The notes beneath the pieces were generated by a model. It ran no database searches and had not been told where the DNA came from. It worked only from the letters and a program-made list of their open reading frames with translations. Below, piece by piece: positions 49,201 to 62,841 of a stretch of 64,000 bases of DNA (positions are counted from its first letter, which is position 1; each line of letters starts with the position of its first letter). The stretch spans positions 1-64,000 of the forward strand of contig MU008164.1 in assembly GCA_010909165.1 (NCBI GenBank). Direction: 5' to 3'. A program made the translations under genes and the position numbers. This DNA comes from Anthoceros angustus. Taxonomy: Eukaryota > Plantae > Anthocerotophyta.

Positions 49201-51596
49201 TGTGAAGGCAAAAGCGGCGACCAAGATCACATCCGGGCCGTTGGGGCCTGTCTATCGGCTCCTATAGAAGGGGCTCTGGCGATGCACAAGCTGCGAGATC
49301 GCAGAGGAGGTGGTTGGGGCGATCAAATGCAGCCAGCAATACATCCAGAGTGCACGAAGATCCTTCCCAAACCCGCCATGAGCCATACATGCTGACGTTG
49401 ACGACGTTACCTTAGCAGTAACCATGATGCACTATTGGTAGAAGTTGAAGAGAACGACCAATTTGAACCCGCAGGAGAACGTTAAGAAGCTTGAAGCTAT
49501 CAACATGGTACTGACGGCCAGACAACATCTGTGTGGTCTAATTTTGTGAAGCATGTGAAGAGTGCAGAGAAGGAGCTCATGTACCCTCCTAAAGCTGAGG
49601 ACACCCTTCCGGAAACAATATTCATCTTCAACTAGTCGAGGGACTTGGAGGGTGGCGAGCAGAGCAAGCAAAGTTGCTATACTGCGAGGAGAAGCGACAT
49701 CGCATCTTCCTCATGATCTTGTGAGGAAGATCGATATCATTCCTCAAATGTCGAGATTTGGACATAAAGTGCTCTAGGGGCCCAAGAGGAAAAGGGTGCA
49801 CGATGTCCATCACGGTGCTTGCTGCCCACATCCATCCTTGGTGGTGTCTTCAATGTTTTGGTAGCATTTTTAGTTTGAGCACAATTTCAGCCTGCATATG
49901 TGGGCTGAAATTTCAAAATCGATGTGTGGGGGCACGAAATTTGCCTCAACATGAAATTTTGAGGCCCGAATTTCGCCGAGTTCTAATGCCCGATTTGGAG
50001 GCCGAAGGGCATCGTTTTATGCCTCATTTGGAGGCTATGCACTAAACATGCTTCTTGGTCTTGTGCAGCTACATCTTTTGTTGTCCCTCCTTTTGCCCAT
50101 GAAGGACAGTGCATTTTGCAACCCGCTCTCTCGCAATCCTCATACATCCCTTTTGGAAGCAAATCAAGCGTGTGCTTCATGTTGAGACATGTATCAGCGG
50201 ACTTTGAGTGGTCCATGGTCTTTTGACTTTATTGTCTTGCAATTATGAACCCTAATCAAGTTTTGGAGGAACAATGTTAGGAAGGAAGCCCATTATTTCT
50301 TGCAAGGACAAAAGCGCACCCAAGTATGTCCCAAAGAGTGTGAAGCAGAGTCTTGGGAGGCCTTTTGAAAGAGGAGCAAGACAAGATGGATGGAGTTGTT
50401 GCCCCAAGCCGAAAAAGCGCCATGAGGAGGAGCAAGGAGGTGGGAAGTAATAGCTATGCATGTTTTGGATATGGCGGGCGAAGGGGTTTCTTGGCAGTTT
50501 AGAGGAAGTTTGCGAGACCCAACCATGGATGAAATCAATCTGTTGGCACCAATCATGGGGCTTGGCTTACAAAGTTGAAAGAGTTTTGGATGCGATGCGA
50601 ACTAGAACTCCGCTTTGGGTGCAAGTGGACTCAAAGGCGAGGACAAGGCGATTAATGTGTGGACCTTGTTGAAGGATGCAGGCTATTCCATCAAGGAGTG
50701 CGATGAGAAGGTCATGGAGGCCATCTTAAAGCGAATGTCATAGATGACGGTGGATGGTGGGGCATTATCTTCCCGCAGTTGCAAGACAAGAGGATGCTTG
50801 AGCATGATTACAGTTAGGTCGTTGTCGGGACTATTGTGTCTATTTTGTGATAGCACGAAGTTCCGTGAACTTGAACCGATTTAAGTTTGTGGTTTTCTTT
50901 TTGCGGTGGCAAACCTTTGGGGCACGGTCTTTGAGTTGAGGTCTTTGGGTGGAGAAAATTTTAGATGCCCTGTAGCATGTAGGGGCTGGAGTCTAATATA
51001 TTGTAGGATGTAGGTGCAATCCCAATTGATACCCATAACCCACACACCGCCTAGCACTCCTTCATTTTACTACAACAGAGTGCATTTTACTACAATTTAC
51101 TAACACTCATTCCAACTTTACTACGGGCCTACAATTTACTACAGACTTTCTCCACTACAACGGGTTCTTTTACAACGGGTTCTTTTACAACGGCCCGTTA
51201 TAACTACGATTGCTGATTAACCTAACCATGGTTACATAACTATGGTTTATAAACCTGTTATTTAACTTCAGTTAATAAACTTGAGTTAATTACATTGGTT
51301 ACTTAACCATATTTTATTAACCACGATTACAGTTGTTGTAAATGCCGTTGTAGATCCGTAGTAATTGTTGTTGTAAAGTGAAGTAGTTAAACCCTAAGCG
51401 ATGTACGGTCAACTCAGTAAAGTACATCGTATATGTCACATCAATACGTATATAACCATGGTATACGGTGTGAAGACATTACCGGAAAATTAACGCTATG
51501 TGTTTTACAACATGCCAATGGTATTTTACTACAAGTGTAGTAACTAGTAGTAATGTCCGTAAATTCCGTTGTAAAGGACACGTTTTCCTAGTAGTG
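46298..51596 (+). mobile_element. Non-autonomous CACTA (En/Spm) element, 5.3 kb
   Basis: 14-bp perfect TIRs CACTACTAGGAAAA / TTTTCCTAGTAGTG, 3-bp TSD CGA/TGA, dense TTTACTAC/TTTACAAC subterminal repeats. Confidence 0.93.
48628..50750 (+). pseudogene. CACTA internal ORF, possibly TnpA/Ptta-like (second copy ~53337-55440)
   Basis: Frameshifted coding-like region; PNLKFWRNNVRKEAHYF..YVPKGVKQEYWE resembles the W..K..YF..P..V...W pattern of En/Spm accessory proteins; no TnpD motifs seen. Confidence 0.45.
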
Positions 51597-51793
51597 TGAC
51601 AAGTCCAAGGTAGTGACTTTCATCGATATTATGGGATTCCTATTTAAGCCGGATGAGAATGTAGAGTGGGTCGGCGGATCCGCGTTCGTTTCATCCGCAG
51701 TGATGTCCTACCGGTTATGCAATTAAGCTATCCAGTGAGTTGTCCTCAATCACATTTTGACTACCTCCCTGTGGTTCTATGTCTTTGTATGGG

Positions 51794-54700
51794 CTCCATC
51801 ACCGCCATCCAATTGGGGCCATTTCCTCAGACATTGGGAAAGGCGGTGTGAGGAGGCGGTTAAGCGCAACCACAAACCGCCGAGCGAGAAAATTCACAAT
51901 TCTCTGCGGCAAGGCAGGAAGAAGTTAAGGCACGCTTCATGCAAATCTAGGAGGACGAATAAGAAGGCTTTGAAGAGAAAACGCACCATGCAAATCCGGC
52001 CGGAGTTGAGTGCCAAGCAATGCCTCCATTTATGCCCATCCGCACCAATGGATGCACCCGCGTGGATTCAATGACATCCATTACATGAAATGCCCGTGCC
52101 TTTAGACAAGTGATGGCGAGCCGAGGATGGTGTGCAAAGCGGAGTGGTCAACAAGATTCGTTTCCCTCAAACCATAAACCCTAGTTACATATCCACGGCC
52201 ATGGAGGCATATATAGCCCATGGAAACCCAAGTCTCCTTGGCTTTCGGGTTAGGGGTTAGGGTACACCTTAACCATGGGAAACATGAGTTAGGGTTTGGT
52301 TACAGCCAAGGAAAACTTGAGTTAGGGTTTGGTTAAAATATCCTTGGCTTGCATCCGAAGCGCCACTTGCGGATAATGTGTGCAATACTCTGCGAATTGG
52401 GCTCGGCATCGGCGAGGAGGATGGGCGGGGCCCCTATGGTGTCCAAGTGTGACCAATGGCGCATGCCATGTGCACCAAATGCAAGCAGTTGCCCACATGG
52501 CTGCGTGCACGAGCTTGGATCGATCGGCGTGCGAACACTTGATCGATGAAAGTGCCCGGCCGATCTTGCTCTCAAGTGGTCGAGACAGGACACTTTAGGG
52601 TCGACGAGTTTCCTTGGACTTTGAGTTCGTGAATCCATGGTTTGACGAACCATGGTTAACAAAACCATGGTTAACAAAACCCATCGAAAATTCAAATAAC
52701 ATTTCCTTGGGCTTGGGCCGTGGTGGTCGGATGGTGAAGTTGCCATGGGCACCAAATCCAAGGACACTCACGCCTCGGATTGGACTTAGGGTGAAAGAAA
52801 GCAATTACATGGCTTATATATAGGCTCGCGATGAAATGGGTTTCCTTAGCTCATGAAAATCGCAAAAGATTTCCATGGACTTCGAAAAATCAAATAATGA
52901 CTCCTTGGGCTTTGAAGCCGAGGTTGCGTCGGATGGTGAACTTGGGTACCAAACTCCAAGGACACTTACGCCTATATATGGACCGTAAATAATGGATAAT
53001 AAACCCTGTGTAGTTTGAGTTGGTTTCCCGCCATGATACATCCCGCGAAATGAAACTTGTATTGCGTTCCTGCCAGCGCTACCGAGATGAAGTCCATGTG
53101 ACTCTATTCGTCCTCTCTTCTCCCTTGTTCTATACCACTTCTTAGTCGCAGGGTTTCAAGCACACCGCCGTGACAACCCTACTTTGAAATTCTTACTACG
53201 CAGATCAGGTGCCAGACTGGAGGACACATCAGCAAGCGTGGTCTAAATCGGCTAAGGTTGAGGTATGTTCTCCTTTTTTCCTCCGTCCATGACCTTTCCA
53301 AAGCTCCGTGAATCACAGCCCGGTCTTGTGTCATAGATGCCTAAAACAACGAGGAAGATTCAATGCGAGCGGAGCCGATTTCGAGACCGGCGCTGGCGGC
53401 ATTAGTAGTAGGAGATGTCTTTTGGAGGCCACGGTGGACTGACGACTAGGTGGACCCAAATCGGTAATTCACGGAACAGGCGGTGCCAGAATTGCTCGGC
53501 GTCACGAGGCTGAAGGGCAAGTGGCGGCGGTGAAAGAGCAGGCAAAGTCTCGACTTCAAGATGCCGGGGAAAGGAGGAGGAGGACTTTGATTTGCCTCTC
53601 AAGGCTTCGGACGCGGCAATGGAACAAGAGGGAGGGGAAAGCGCGGTGGGCAAGGTAAGGGTAAGTTCCTCCGTGGGTGGGAGGGTCAGGATGGCGCCGG
53701 GAGACAACGGCATAGGATGTCATCTACGCCCGAGCGCAGTGAAGGACCAAAAACGCGAGCCTGGTCAGCTAGGGCATCAGCCGCCGCATGTTCGGGAGAG
53801 GATGAAGACACCGACGAAGAGGCCAGATTTCACAAGGATGAGTGTGCGCCATATTTGAAGAACGGGCATGAGCTCACACCAGCTCATAAAATCATGGAGA
53901 GCGATTGACTTGGGCGAGGAAGGCGCCCATGTGAAGGCAAAAGCGGCGACCAAGATCATCCGGGCCGTTGGGGCTCTATCGGCTCCTATAGAAGGGGCTC
54001 TGGCGATGCACAAGCTGCGGCTGAGAGGAGGTGGTTGGGGCAGTCAAATGCAGTGCCATACAATACATCTAGGAGTGCACGAAGATCCTTGTGCCCAAAC
54101 CCGCCATGAGCCATACATGCCACGTTGGACGGCGTTACCTTAGCGGTAACCATGATGCACTATTGGTAGAAGTTGAAGAGAACGACCAATTCGTAACCCG
54201 CAGGAGAACGTTAGAAGCTTGAAGCTATCAACATGGTACTGGCGACGACGGGTGGTCTAATTTTGTGAAGCATGTGAAGAGTGCGAGAAGGAGCACAACA
54301 TGCCCTCCTAAAGCTGAGGACACCCTTCCGATCAAAACAATTGCTCATCTTCAACTAGTCGAGCGGACTTGGAGGGTGGCGAGCAAGCAAAGTTGCTATA
54401 CCGAGGAGACATCGGCATCTTCCTCATGATCTTGTGAGGAAGATCGATATCATTCCTGGAATGTCGAGATTTGGACATAAAGTGCTCTAGGGGCCCAAGA
54501 GGAAAAGGGTGCACGATGTCCATCACGGTGCTTGCTGCCCACATCCATCCTTGGTGGTGTCTTCAATGTTTTGGTAGCATTTTTAGTTTGAGCACGAAAT
54601 TTCAAGCTCGATGTCAGGGGCACAATTGGGCTGCAACATGAAATTTTGGGGCACAGAATTTCAGGCAGATCTAATGCGATTTGGAGGCCGAAGGGCATCG

Positions 54701-56480
54701 TTTTATGCCTCATTTGGAGGCTATGCACTAAACATCTTTGGTGCTATGCGAGCTACATCTTCGTGGTCCCTCCTTTTGCCCATGAAGGATGAGTGCATTT
54801 TGCAACCCGCTCTCTGCAATCCTCTCATACATCCCTTTTGGAAGCAAACTGAAGCGTGTGTGCTTCATGTTGAGACATGTATCAGGCAGACTTTGAGTGG
54901 TCCATGGTCTTTTGACTTTATTGTCTTGCAATTTATGAACCCTAATCTGAAGTTTTGGAGGAACAATGTTAGGAAGGAAGCCCATTATTTCCTGCAAGGA
55001 CAAAAGGCGCACCGCAAGTATGTCCCGAAGGGTGTGAAGCAGGAGTACTGGGAGGTCTTTTTGAAAGAGGAGCAAGACAAGATGGATGGAGTTGTTGCCC
55101 AAGCAAAACGGGCGCCATGAGGAGGAGCAAGGAGGTGGGAAGTAATAGCTATGCATGTTTTGGATATGGCGGGCGAAGGGGTTTCTTGGCAGTTTAGAGG
55201 AAGTTTGCGAGACCCAACCATGGATGAAATCAATCTGTTGGCACCAATCATGGGGCTTGGCTTACAAAGTTGAAAGAGTTTTGGATGCGATGCGAACTAG
55301 AACTCCAGCTTTGGGTGCAAGTGGACTCAAAGAGGCAAGGACAAGGCGATTAATGTGTGGACCTTGTTGAAGGATGCAGGCTATTCCATCAAGGAGTGCG
55401 ATGAGAAGGTCATGGAGGCCATCCTAAGCGAATGTCATAGATGACGGTGGATGGTGGGGCATTATCTTCCCGCAAAGTTGCAAGACAAGAGGATGCTTGA
55501 GCATGATTACGGTTAGGTCGTTGTCGGGACTATTGTGTCTATTTTGTGATAGCTCAAGTTCGTGAACTTGACGATTTAAGTTTGTGGTTTTCTTTTTGCG
55601 GTGGCAAACCTTTGGGGCAGTCTTTGAGTTGAGGTCTTTGGGTGGAGAAAATTTTAGATGCCCGTGTAGCATGTAGTGAGTCTAATATATTGTAGGATGT
55701 AGGTGCAATCCCAATTGATACCCATAACCCACACACCGCCTAGCACTCCTTCATTTTACTACAACAGAGTGCATTTTACTACAATATAAATCTATTTTTA
55801 CTTTACTACGGTCCTGTTTACTTGATTTTACTACGCCTTATTTTGCAGGTGTTTTACAACGGCCCGTTATAACTTCTGATTGATTAACCTAACCATGGTT
55901 ACATAACTATGGTTTATAAACCACTGTTATTTAACTTCAGTTAATAAACTTGAGTTAATTTACATTGGTTACTTAACCATATTTTATTAACCACGATTAC
56001 GGTTGTTGTAAATGCCGTTGTAGATCACTGTAGTAATTGTTGCTGTAAAGTGAACTGTAGTTAAACCCTAACTGATGTACGGTCAACTCCGTAAAGTACA
56101 TCGTATGTATGTCACATACGAATACGGTATATAACCATGGTATACGGTGTGAAGACATTACCAGGAAAATTAACGCTATGTGTTTACAATGGGTATTTTA
56201 CTACAGGTGTAGTAACTCTGTAGTAATGTCCGTAGTAAATTCCGTTGTAAAGGACACGTTTTCCTAGTAGTGTGACAAGTCCAAGGTAGTGACTTTCATC
56301 GATATTATGGGATTCCTATTTAAGCCAGGGATGAGAATGTAGAGCTGGGTCGGCAGATCCGCGTTCGTTTCATCCGCAAAGTGATGTCCTACCAGGTTAT
56401 GCAATTAAGCTATCCAGGCTGAGTTGTCGTCCTCAATCACATTTTGACTACCTCCCTGTGGTTCTATGTCTTTGTATGGG
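51794..56480 (+). repeat. ~4.7-kb tandem duplication of 47056-51793 (includes second CACTA right end at 56272)
   Basis: Collinear copies; microhomology CTCCATCACC(AGC) at 47056, 51794, 56481. Confidence 0.95.
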
Positions 56481-57255
56481 CTCCATCACCAGCAGATACT
56501 AAACGCTTGCACTGTGCCATACAGAACTTCATGTGGAACTCGCTAGTGGATGCTCCGGCTAAATCCAACAAGGTAGACTGGCGATTGCTGATCCAGCCTA
56601 GGTTGGAGGGCGGCATCGGATTAGTTGATCCATTCCAAAAGATAGACTGTGGCCCTCCATGCGTAATGAGCTATCAAGGCCCTTGAACCAAAAGCTTATC
56701 CTTGGGACTCTTTTATTAAGGGTAGATTGCAACAGACCTTGTTCTCCTTGAAAGGGTCTTCCAACCTTGCACATCTCTCCTCTTGTAGGACTGCCAGGTG
56801 CGCAGGGCCCGATTCTCCACTCCGTAAATCCATCCTACAAAGCTGGAAGGCAATCCATAAGCTGGCAATTTTGGTTCTCCCTTCCTCGTGGCGGGAAGTT
56901 CTCAAACAACTATTACGGGGCCTAGCTTTCCTCTGGAGAGAGGGATTACTCGCGACAGTCGGAAACTCTTAAATCTTTCGCAACGCAGCTAGTGGTGATG
57001 AGGACTCCAAATCACATATTGTACTTTCTGCATCACAAGTATCCAGGGTAACACCCTGTATAGGGTTCATTTTGGCACTATTTCTGTTGCATGCAAGTTG
57101 GGGGCTCTCCTTACTGCAGGGCAAGCTTTTGCTCTAGCGATGACTCCGATTCGAGTCGTTCACAAAGACCTAGTCAGTGGCCGTGGAAAAACAACATATG
57201 AGCTTCTTAGTTTCTCACCCCATATGTGGCCCGGAGATAAGTACTGGCTAGAATT

Positions 57256-57560
57256 TGTTTGAAAACAATAAGTCCCAAGTTCAGTACATTAAAAACTGGT
57301 GTGCTATGCATATGTGTATAGCCCTTGGCCTTGACATACTTTCAATAGGTATGAAGCCAATCTCGATCTTGATATTGTCCTAAACACTTCTAGGACTTAT
57401 TCTCTGAACTTTAATATGGGATGTGTTGCACCAATCCTATAGATTTCTAACACTCCCACTCAACACATTGGTACTACTCTCCTAAGCCTAACATCTTGCT
57501 GAACTTGACGTGCTTCTCCAAAGTCAACCCTTTGGTCAAAATATCTGCAACACATAATTG
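57256..57560 (-). mobile_element. Copia remnant: RNase H end, PPT and 3' LTR (57452 to ~57256)
   Basis: VADILTKGLTLEKHVKFSKMLGL, then GAGTGGGAG TGTTAG...AAACA. Confidence 0.8.
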
Positions 57561-58439
57561 GGAGCCAAACATTAATACAGAATGGCATGGTTTAAGACCA
57601 TATTTTAAGACGTATATAAGACAATTTTACAAGTTTTAAGAAGTGGAGTGTGGGACCAGAAATCATCCTAAATAGCTTCTCTGTGACAATGTTGCCATCT
57701 TTCCCAAAGATGCGATACCGGTCCGCTTTTGCGCTGGATTATTTGCTCATTCTCGGCCATGCACGGCAATGCACGTCATTCACACTTGGTACGTATATAA
57801 GAAAAGTACATCATGCCATTGGGTCGAACCATTGGGTATTTGTACAAGCATCCCACAAATTGTTAGTATGCCATTTCATTATGCATTGAGAAAGTACCGT
57901 CGAAAAGTCTCAGTCTGAGTTTGTGTGACCATTTTGGGGCTTTGTTATCGTACCTAAATCCCATATATGTTGTAAGTATAGACCATTCTCAAGCTACTTT
58001 GTCGTACTTAAATCCCACATCCGTTGTAAGCATAATCCTGTAATTATATAATTATAGAATTCGAAAAAGAGAAGTAATTGCAAATGGAAAAACTAGCACA
58101 TTCAAAAATTATGCTGAATATTTTTTGATATCCTCATAAATTGGCTCAGAAGAAGAGGATAGAATGCTCATATGATTTTACACTCTTGTTGCAAAGGTGA
58201 CATATTCGGGAGGATTTAGACGATTGAGGAGTCAACCATATGTCCGTGTCAATCTATAAGGGGTCTAATCGACATATGGTCGCTAGGGTGGAGTCTAATC
58301 GCCTTATGGATTGTGATGGACACATTAAATAAGGGTGAGGTCTACGGCAATTACACCGCACCCTTATTATTCAACATGTGAGCATCCTCAGCTTGAAAGA
58401 CATATGAATGCATAGGTAGTAGAGGAAAACTGGCCTCCC

Positions 58440-58820
58440 ATAATTGGAGACAACATGGGAGGAGTTGTGTGTCTGAAATTTGGTGAGAAGAAGGGAGCAG
58501 ATAGGAAACCTAAGGGCGAGCCTAGTTATCCGAACTGTATGTCATGAATTATGAATTGCAACATCCATAAGCAAGTGCATATGAATTGGCGAGAGCTGTT
58601 TGTATGTCTTTAAATTTGGTAGGAAGAAGGGAGGAGATGGGGAACCCAAGGGCAAACCTAATTATCCAAATTGCATGTCATGAATTACGACATCTAAACG
58701 AGTGCGTGTGAATTGGGGAGAGCTGTTTGTATGTTGGGAAGAATGGAGAAGATGGAACCTAGGGCGAAGATAAAATGCGGCATCCATAAGCACTAGTAAT
58801 GCACATGAGTTGGCGAGAGC
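58440..58820. repeat. Degenerate ~130-bp repeats x3
   Basis: AAATTTGGT..GAAGAAGGGAG..TTATCC..ATGTCATGAATTA..GAATTGG.GAGAGC recurring. Confidence 0.65.
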
Positions 58821-59131
58821 AAGTGGCGGGGCGGACTTTAGTCCACGGCGGCTGGCTTTGAAGTCTAATGCCTGACCTAGAAAGCGCGCGGTGCCCGGGG
58901 CGAAGCGACACGTAAGCGTCTGACGTGCTGGGCAGGCAAGGGGCATGTGAGGAGCACACGGCATGTGTGGCTCGCATCTGTGCTCACAGATGTAGAGAAG
59001 TTTGTAGTAGGTGTAACCGGTTTGGTCTATTTAGACACCGTTTCCGTCCAATGCACTGATGAGAGCCTAACCAAGCGCATTGCAAATTGCGGGGCCACAG
59101 TCGGTTTCACATTTCTTGCCTCCATCGCGTC

Positions 59132-60131
59132 ATGGCAGCATCCAGCCTGTGGCTCGCCCCGGGAGGGGTCACGCTGGCCCCCCGCCTTTCCTGCTCCTCC
59201 CGCTCTGCGTCGGCCACGTCGGTCCGTTCCGCTGCTCCAGCTGCTGCTCCCGCTGCCGCTGCAATTGAATGCGCTCCATTGGATCCTTGGTGTCTGTTCA
59301 CACTGGTTTCGGAAGAGACTCATTTTGCTTCGTGCTGAAAGCAGAGGGGAAACCAGGTCAGGCTGCACCAGCTCCGCAGCGTGTGCCAGGGAGGTGCGGT
59401 GTTGAGATCCAAGCGATTGGCCATGGCCGCACTTGCGAATGAGGAGGCACTCGCTTCCGAGAAGGAGACTGACAGTGGAGCTGGAGAGCATCAGGGTTTG
59501 CAAGCTGCGGGTAAACTTCTTGCTTATCTAGTTCTGTTCCATACATGTTCACACTTGGCTGGTTCGTGGTTGGGGCAGGTATCGAGTTTGTGAGCGTGCA
59601 CCATGTGGCTGGGATTTGCGAGAATCTGGAACGGTCCTTGGACTTCTACTCTGGCGTGCTAGGTAGGTACTTAGTGTTGCTTGGTTGCTGTTGTCAGTCA
59701 AAGTAACTGAAATTCAGTGGCGAGTGAATGTGAAATGGAGCTGGGTTTGTGCAGGCCTGACTTTGAACCCCGACCGGCCGGCTTCCTTGCCGTACAGAGG
59801 GGCTTGGCTTTGGGTAGGCCCCCAGATGATTCACCTAATGGAGGTACCCAACCCGGACCCTGTAGATGGACGGCCTGCCTACGGCGGTCGGGATCGTCAT
59901 TTCTGTGTGGCAGTCAAGGATTTGCAGCAGGTGGAAGCTCGCTTGACGAAGAACGGTAAATTCGCTTTCTTGCTCCCCGTTTGTGACTTTGTCAGGACTG
60001 TAACAAAGGTGGGTTCAGGAACTTTTGGTCTGTTGCAAGGTATTCCTTTCCAAGGGAGTTCGTCAGGACGGCCTGCACTATTCTGCCGGGACCCTGATGG
60101 CAACGCTATTGAGTTCACTCTTTCGGGCTGA
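59132..60131 (+). CDS. VOC/glyoxalase I-like protein, probably plastid (At2g32090-like); 5 exons, first intron boundaries uncertain
   Basis: VHHVAGICENLERSLDFYSGVLG, LPYRGAWLWVGPQMIHLMEVPNPDP, GGRDRH, SGRPALFCRDPDGNAIEF with GT-AG introns. Confidence 0.92.
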
Positions 60132-60737
60132 AATCTCTACCAATGGTAACATATTCACGCCAGTCCAGCCCCTGCCTTGTATAGATGCGCACCTGATGCG
60201 CACCTGCCTTGTATATAGTTGCAGTGTACAGGAAGCAAATCCCTTCAGTGCAATAACAGTTGCTTGTGTAATAGTTCTCGTGATGCAATACTGCAACACT
60301 CGCGACCGTTTTCTATACTGTTCACTGCACCTGGCGTCGATACAGTCTCACAAAGCTCAATCCTGCACCAATTGGAAAAAAAAGTGTGCACCTGGACGAA
60401 CCTGGATGATAAGGGTAGAACCTGGGCGGAGAGTAACAGCACACAAGCAATTGCGAAGTTTGTGAGGTCCCAAGAGAATTTCAAAGACTCACGTCCGACC
60501 CCACAAAATTAGGTGTGTAACAAAAAGTCACTGCTTGAAAAGGGTGAGACTGGAGTGGCCTTCCCAGGTGAAGGCACCAAATTATCCAACCACCAGGAGA
60601 ACTAGCCAATCAACACAATATGTTCCAAAGGGGGGGGCAACATCTACGTCTGCGTCACTGGCCTGAAAGGGAGCCAGAACACCAAGATGGATCTTTTCTC
60701 AACACAGTCGTGGTCGGTGACTGGGGACTTTTTCACA

Positions 60738-61538
60738 CTAGCCCCGAGATTGCCCAGCACGGGATGATAGGATGATGCCGATGATGAGCCCGTACAGGGC
60801 AAGAGCCTCAGCAAAAATGAGGATAAGGATCATCCCCACGAACAGCTTGGGTTGCTGAGCATTTGCTCTACAGGAAACAGAACAGTACACACCTTTCAGA
60901 AGAAGGAATAAAGCGAAAAGACACAAAGTACCAAGACAAGACAAGCTCACTACAGCTGGGCAGGGTCAAAACGACCCTACTGACGCAAAAAAAGCAAAGC
61001 AAGAGTGTTACCTGACACCAGCGTCACCAACGACGCCAATGGCGAAGCCTGCCGCCAAGCCAGCGAGACCACAAGCCAAACCCGAAGAGAGATGAGCATA
61101 TCCGTCGAAAAGATAGTATGGCTTAGCTTTGGGGTTGATTCCAGTGCTGATGATGACGGCAATAATCAATCCATAAATTCCGAGCACTCCAGCCATGACA
61201 ACGGGTACAATGGATTTCATGACAAGTTCAGGCCTCATAACACCCATAGCTGCCACTCCGACTCCACTCTTAGCTGTCCCATACGCTGCGCCTATGCCTG
61301 CAGTGTGCGATCGGTGCACAAAATCAAACCAAGTTTCCTGCCGGAAAAAACCTAATCCGGATCTGGATCTACTGCTGCACACAAGGGCGGGCTACAACCT
61401 CGGAACGGCCAGGGCACCTGCCAAGCATGCTCCACAAAGGACGGAACCAGGCAAACACTTACAGGAAAACACGAGCGCAGCTGCAGCTCCCATGAAGCCA
61501 AAAAAGGAAGCGACCTCGTTCCCTTGGAAGTCCGCCAT
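60738..61538 (-). CDS. VHA-c: V-type H+-ATPase 16-kDa proteolipid subunit c; exons 61538-61463, 61297-61012, 60867-60738
   Basis: [54 protein letters not shown]. Confidence 0.98.
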
Positions 61539-61724
61539 GGCTGCCTCCGCAACGCTGAGGCTGTTGATTTCCTTCCCCCTCCTCCTCCTCCTCCAAAGCC
61601 TAGAAACCGACGCACAGATCCCGACTCGGGGATCCCGGATCCCGACCGCGCCGCACAGATCTGGCTATCCAGCAACGAAAAATATGCTGAAGCGAGCCAG
61701 ATCCCGCTGCGGCTGGGCAGGAGA

Positions 61725-61770
61725 AGAGCGAGAGCGAGAGCGAGAGCGAGAGCGAGCGCGAGCGCGAGCA
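61725..61770. repeat. (GAGAGC)n/(GAGC)n microsatellite upstream of VHA-c
   Basis: Direct reading. Confidence 0.9.
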
Positions 61771-62113
61771 CCTGCTGCAGCGAGGCGCCACCCGGGCGAA
61801 TGGCAAGCGCAGCGGAAGGCGAATGGCGAATGGCGGCGTGCAAGATGGCGAGACAGCCGCGAAAAAAGACCGGGCACCGGCCTCGTATTTGCTCCTCCTC
61901 CCAGCGCCCGTGATCAGATGCTACTGCGGCGAGGGAAATGCAAGGGAGGGAGAGCTGGGGAAGGAGGAGCCACGTGTCCTGCTATTTATCGGAAGCCGCA
62001 GCAGCACGATTGAGGGGTTGAGGCTGATCACCTCTTTGCACGAAAGCAAAATAATGCCTCTCCTTTTTTCTTTCTTTCTCAAAATAATGTCGCTAGCGCT
62101 TAAGTATTTTTCC

Positions 62114-62316
62114 ATGATCAAGGAGCTGCCGGAGACGGGGATCCTCCCTGCCGTGCAGGATGATGGCGGGGACATGGAGTACTGGGGCTTGGATCCTGAG
62201 TCAGGGTTTGTAACCTTAACGATGCAAGGCGCGTGCAGCGGCTGTCCCAGCTCCGCCGTCACTCCCCAGTCCGTCATTGAGAATATGAGACGTTAACACA
62301 TCCGAAGTCCGTGGCT
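62114..62316 (+). pseudogene. NifU C-terminal domain fragment (mitochondrial NFU4/5-like)
   Basis: MIKELPETGILPAVQDDGGDMEYWGLDPESGFVTLTMQGACSGCPSSAVT..IENM, then stop/frameshift before SEVRG; no N-terminal domain. Confidence 0.85.
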
Positions 62317-62841
62317 CTCTTAATTTTTGAGAAACGATGTATGTTGCTGGAGAAGTTCCGGCTCCTTCCCTTTTAGCACCATGCTCGCTCTCGCTCATGC
62401 ATGGTCGTAATATCCTCAAGAAATGAACACACTTGAGAGAGATAAGACTACCTTTTACACTTTGCTACGTCTATAATCTGCATATGGCGATAATAACTAT
62501 CACACTGCGTTGAAGATCTTAGTCCGTCGCGATGGTGATGTGTGCAGCCTCGCCCACCAAAAAGGGTAGGCATATCCCCGGCAATTGGGCTAAGCTAGCC
62601 GACAATGATCCAATCTGGCCGAAGGTGTTGCGTTTCAAGCAAGCCCGTGCCAAGAACGGATAAGGGTTGGAAGTCCTTGACGCAGACCGTGAAGGCGGAG
62701 AATCTGCTAACGAGCCCAGTTGTCTATACATATGTAGCACTATGAGGCCTGTTGCAGAAGTGAGTATGGCACGGTAGTGCCTTTGGAGGAATAAGGAAAA
62801 TGTCTGTATGGTGGCCGGGAGAAGTCACTGAGATTTGAGTG

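Larger units (their letters stand above)
45656..57100 (+). mobile_element. 5'-truncated L1/Tx1-type LINE split by the CACTA insertion (45656-46297 and 56273-~57100; duplicate piece 51597-51803)
   Basis: SPQQWGFVKGRCILDNLL, VDFRMAYDSI, QGCPL, FANDV, NFMW..KVDWRLLIQPRLEGGIGL. Confidence 0.88.

Noticed and set aside
61195-62013. 272-aa plus-strand ORF
   Set aside because: Antisense shadow of VHA-c and its GC-rich promoter/microsatellite.
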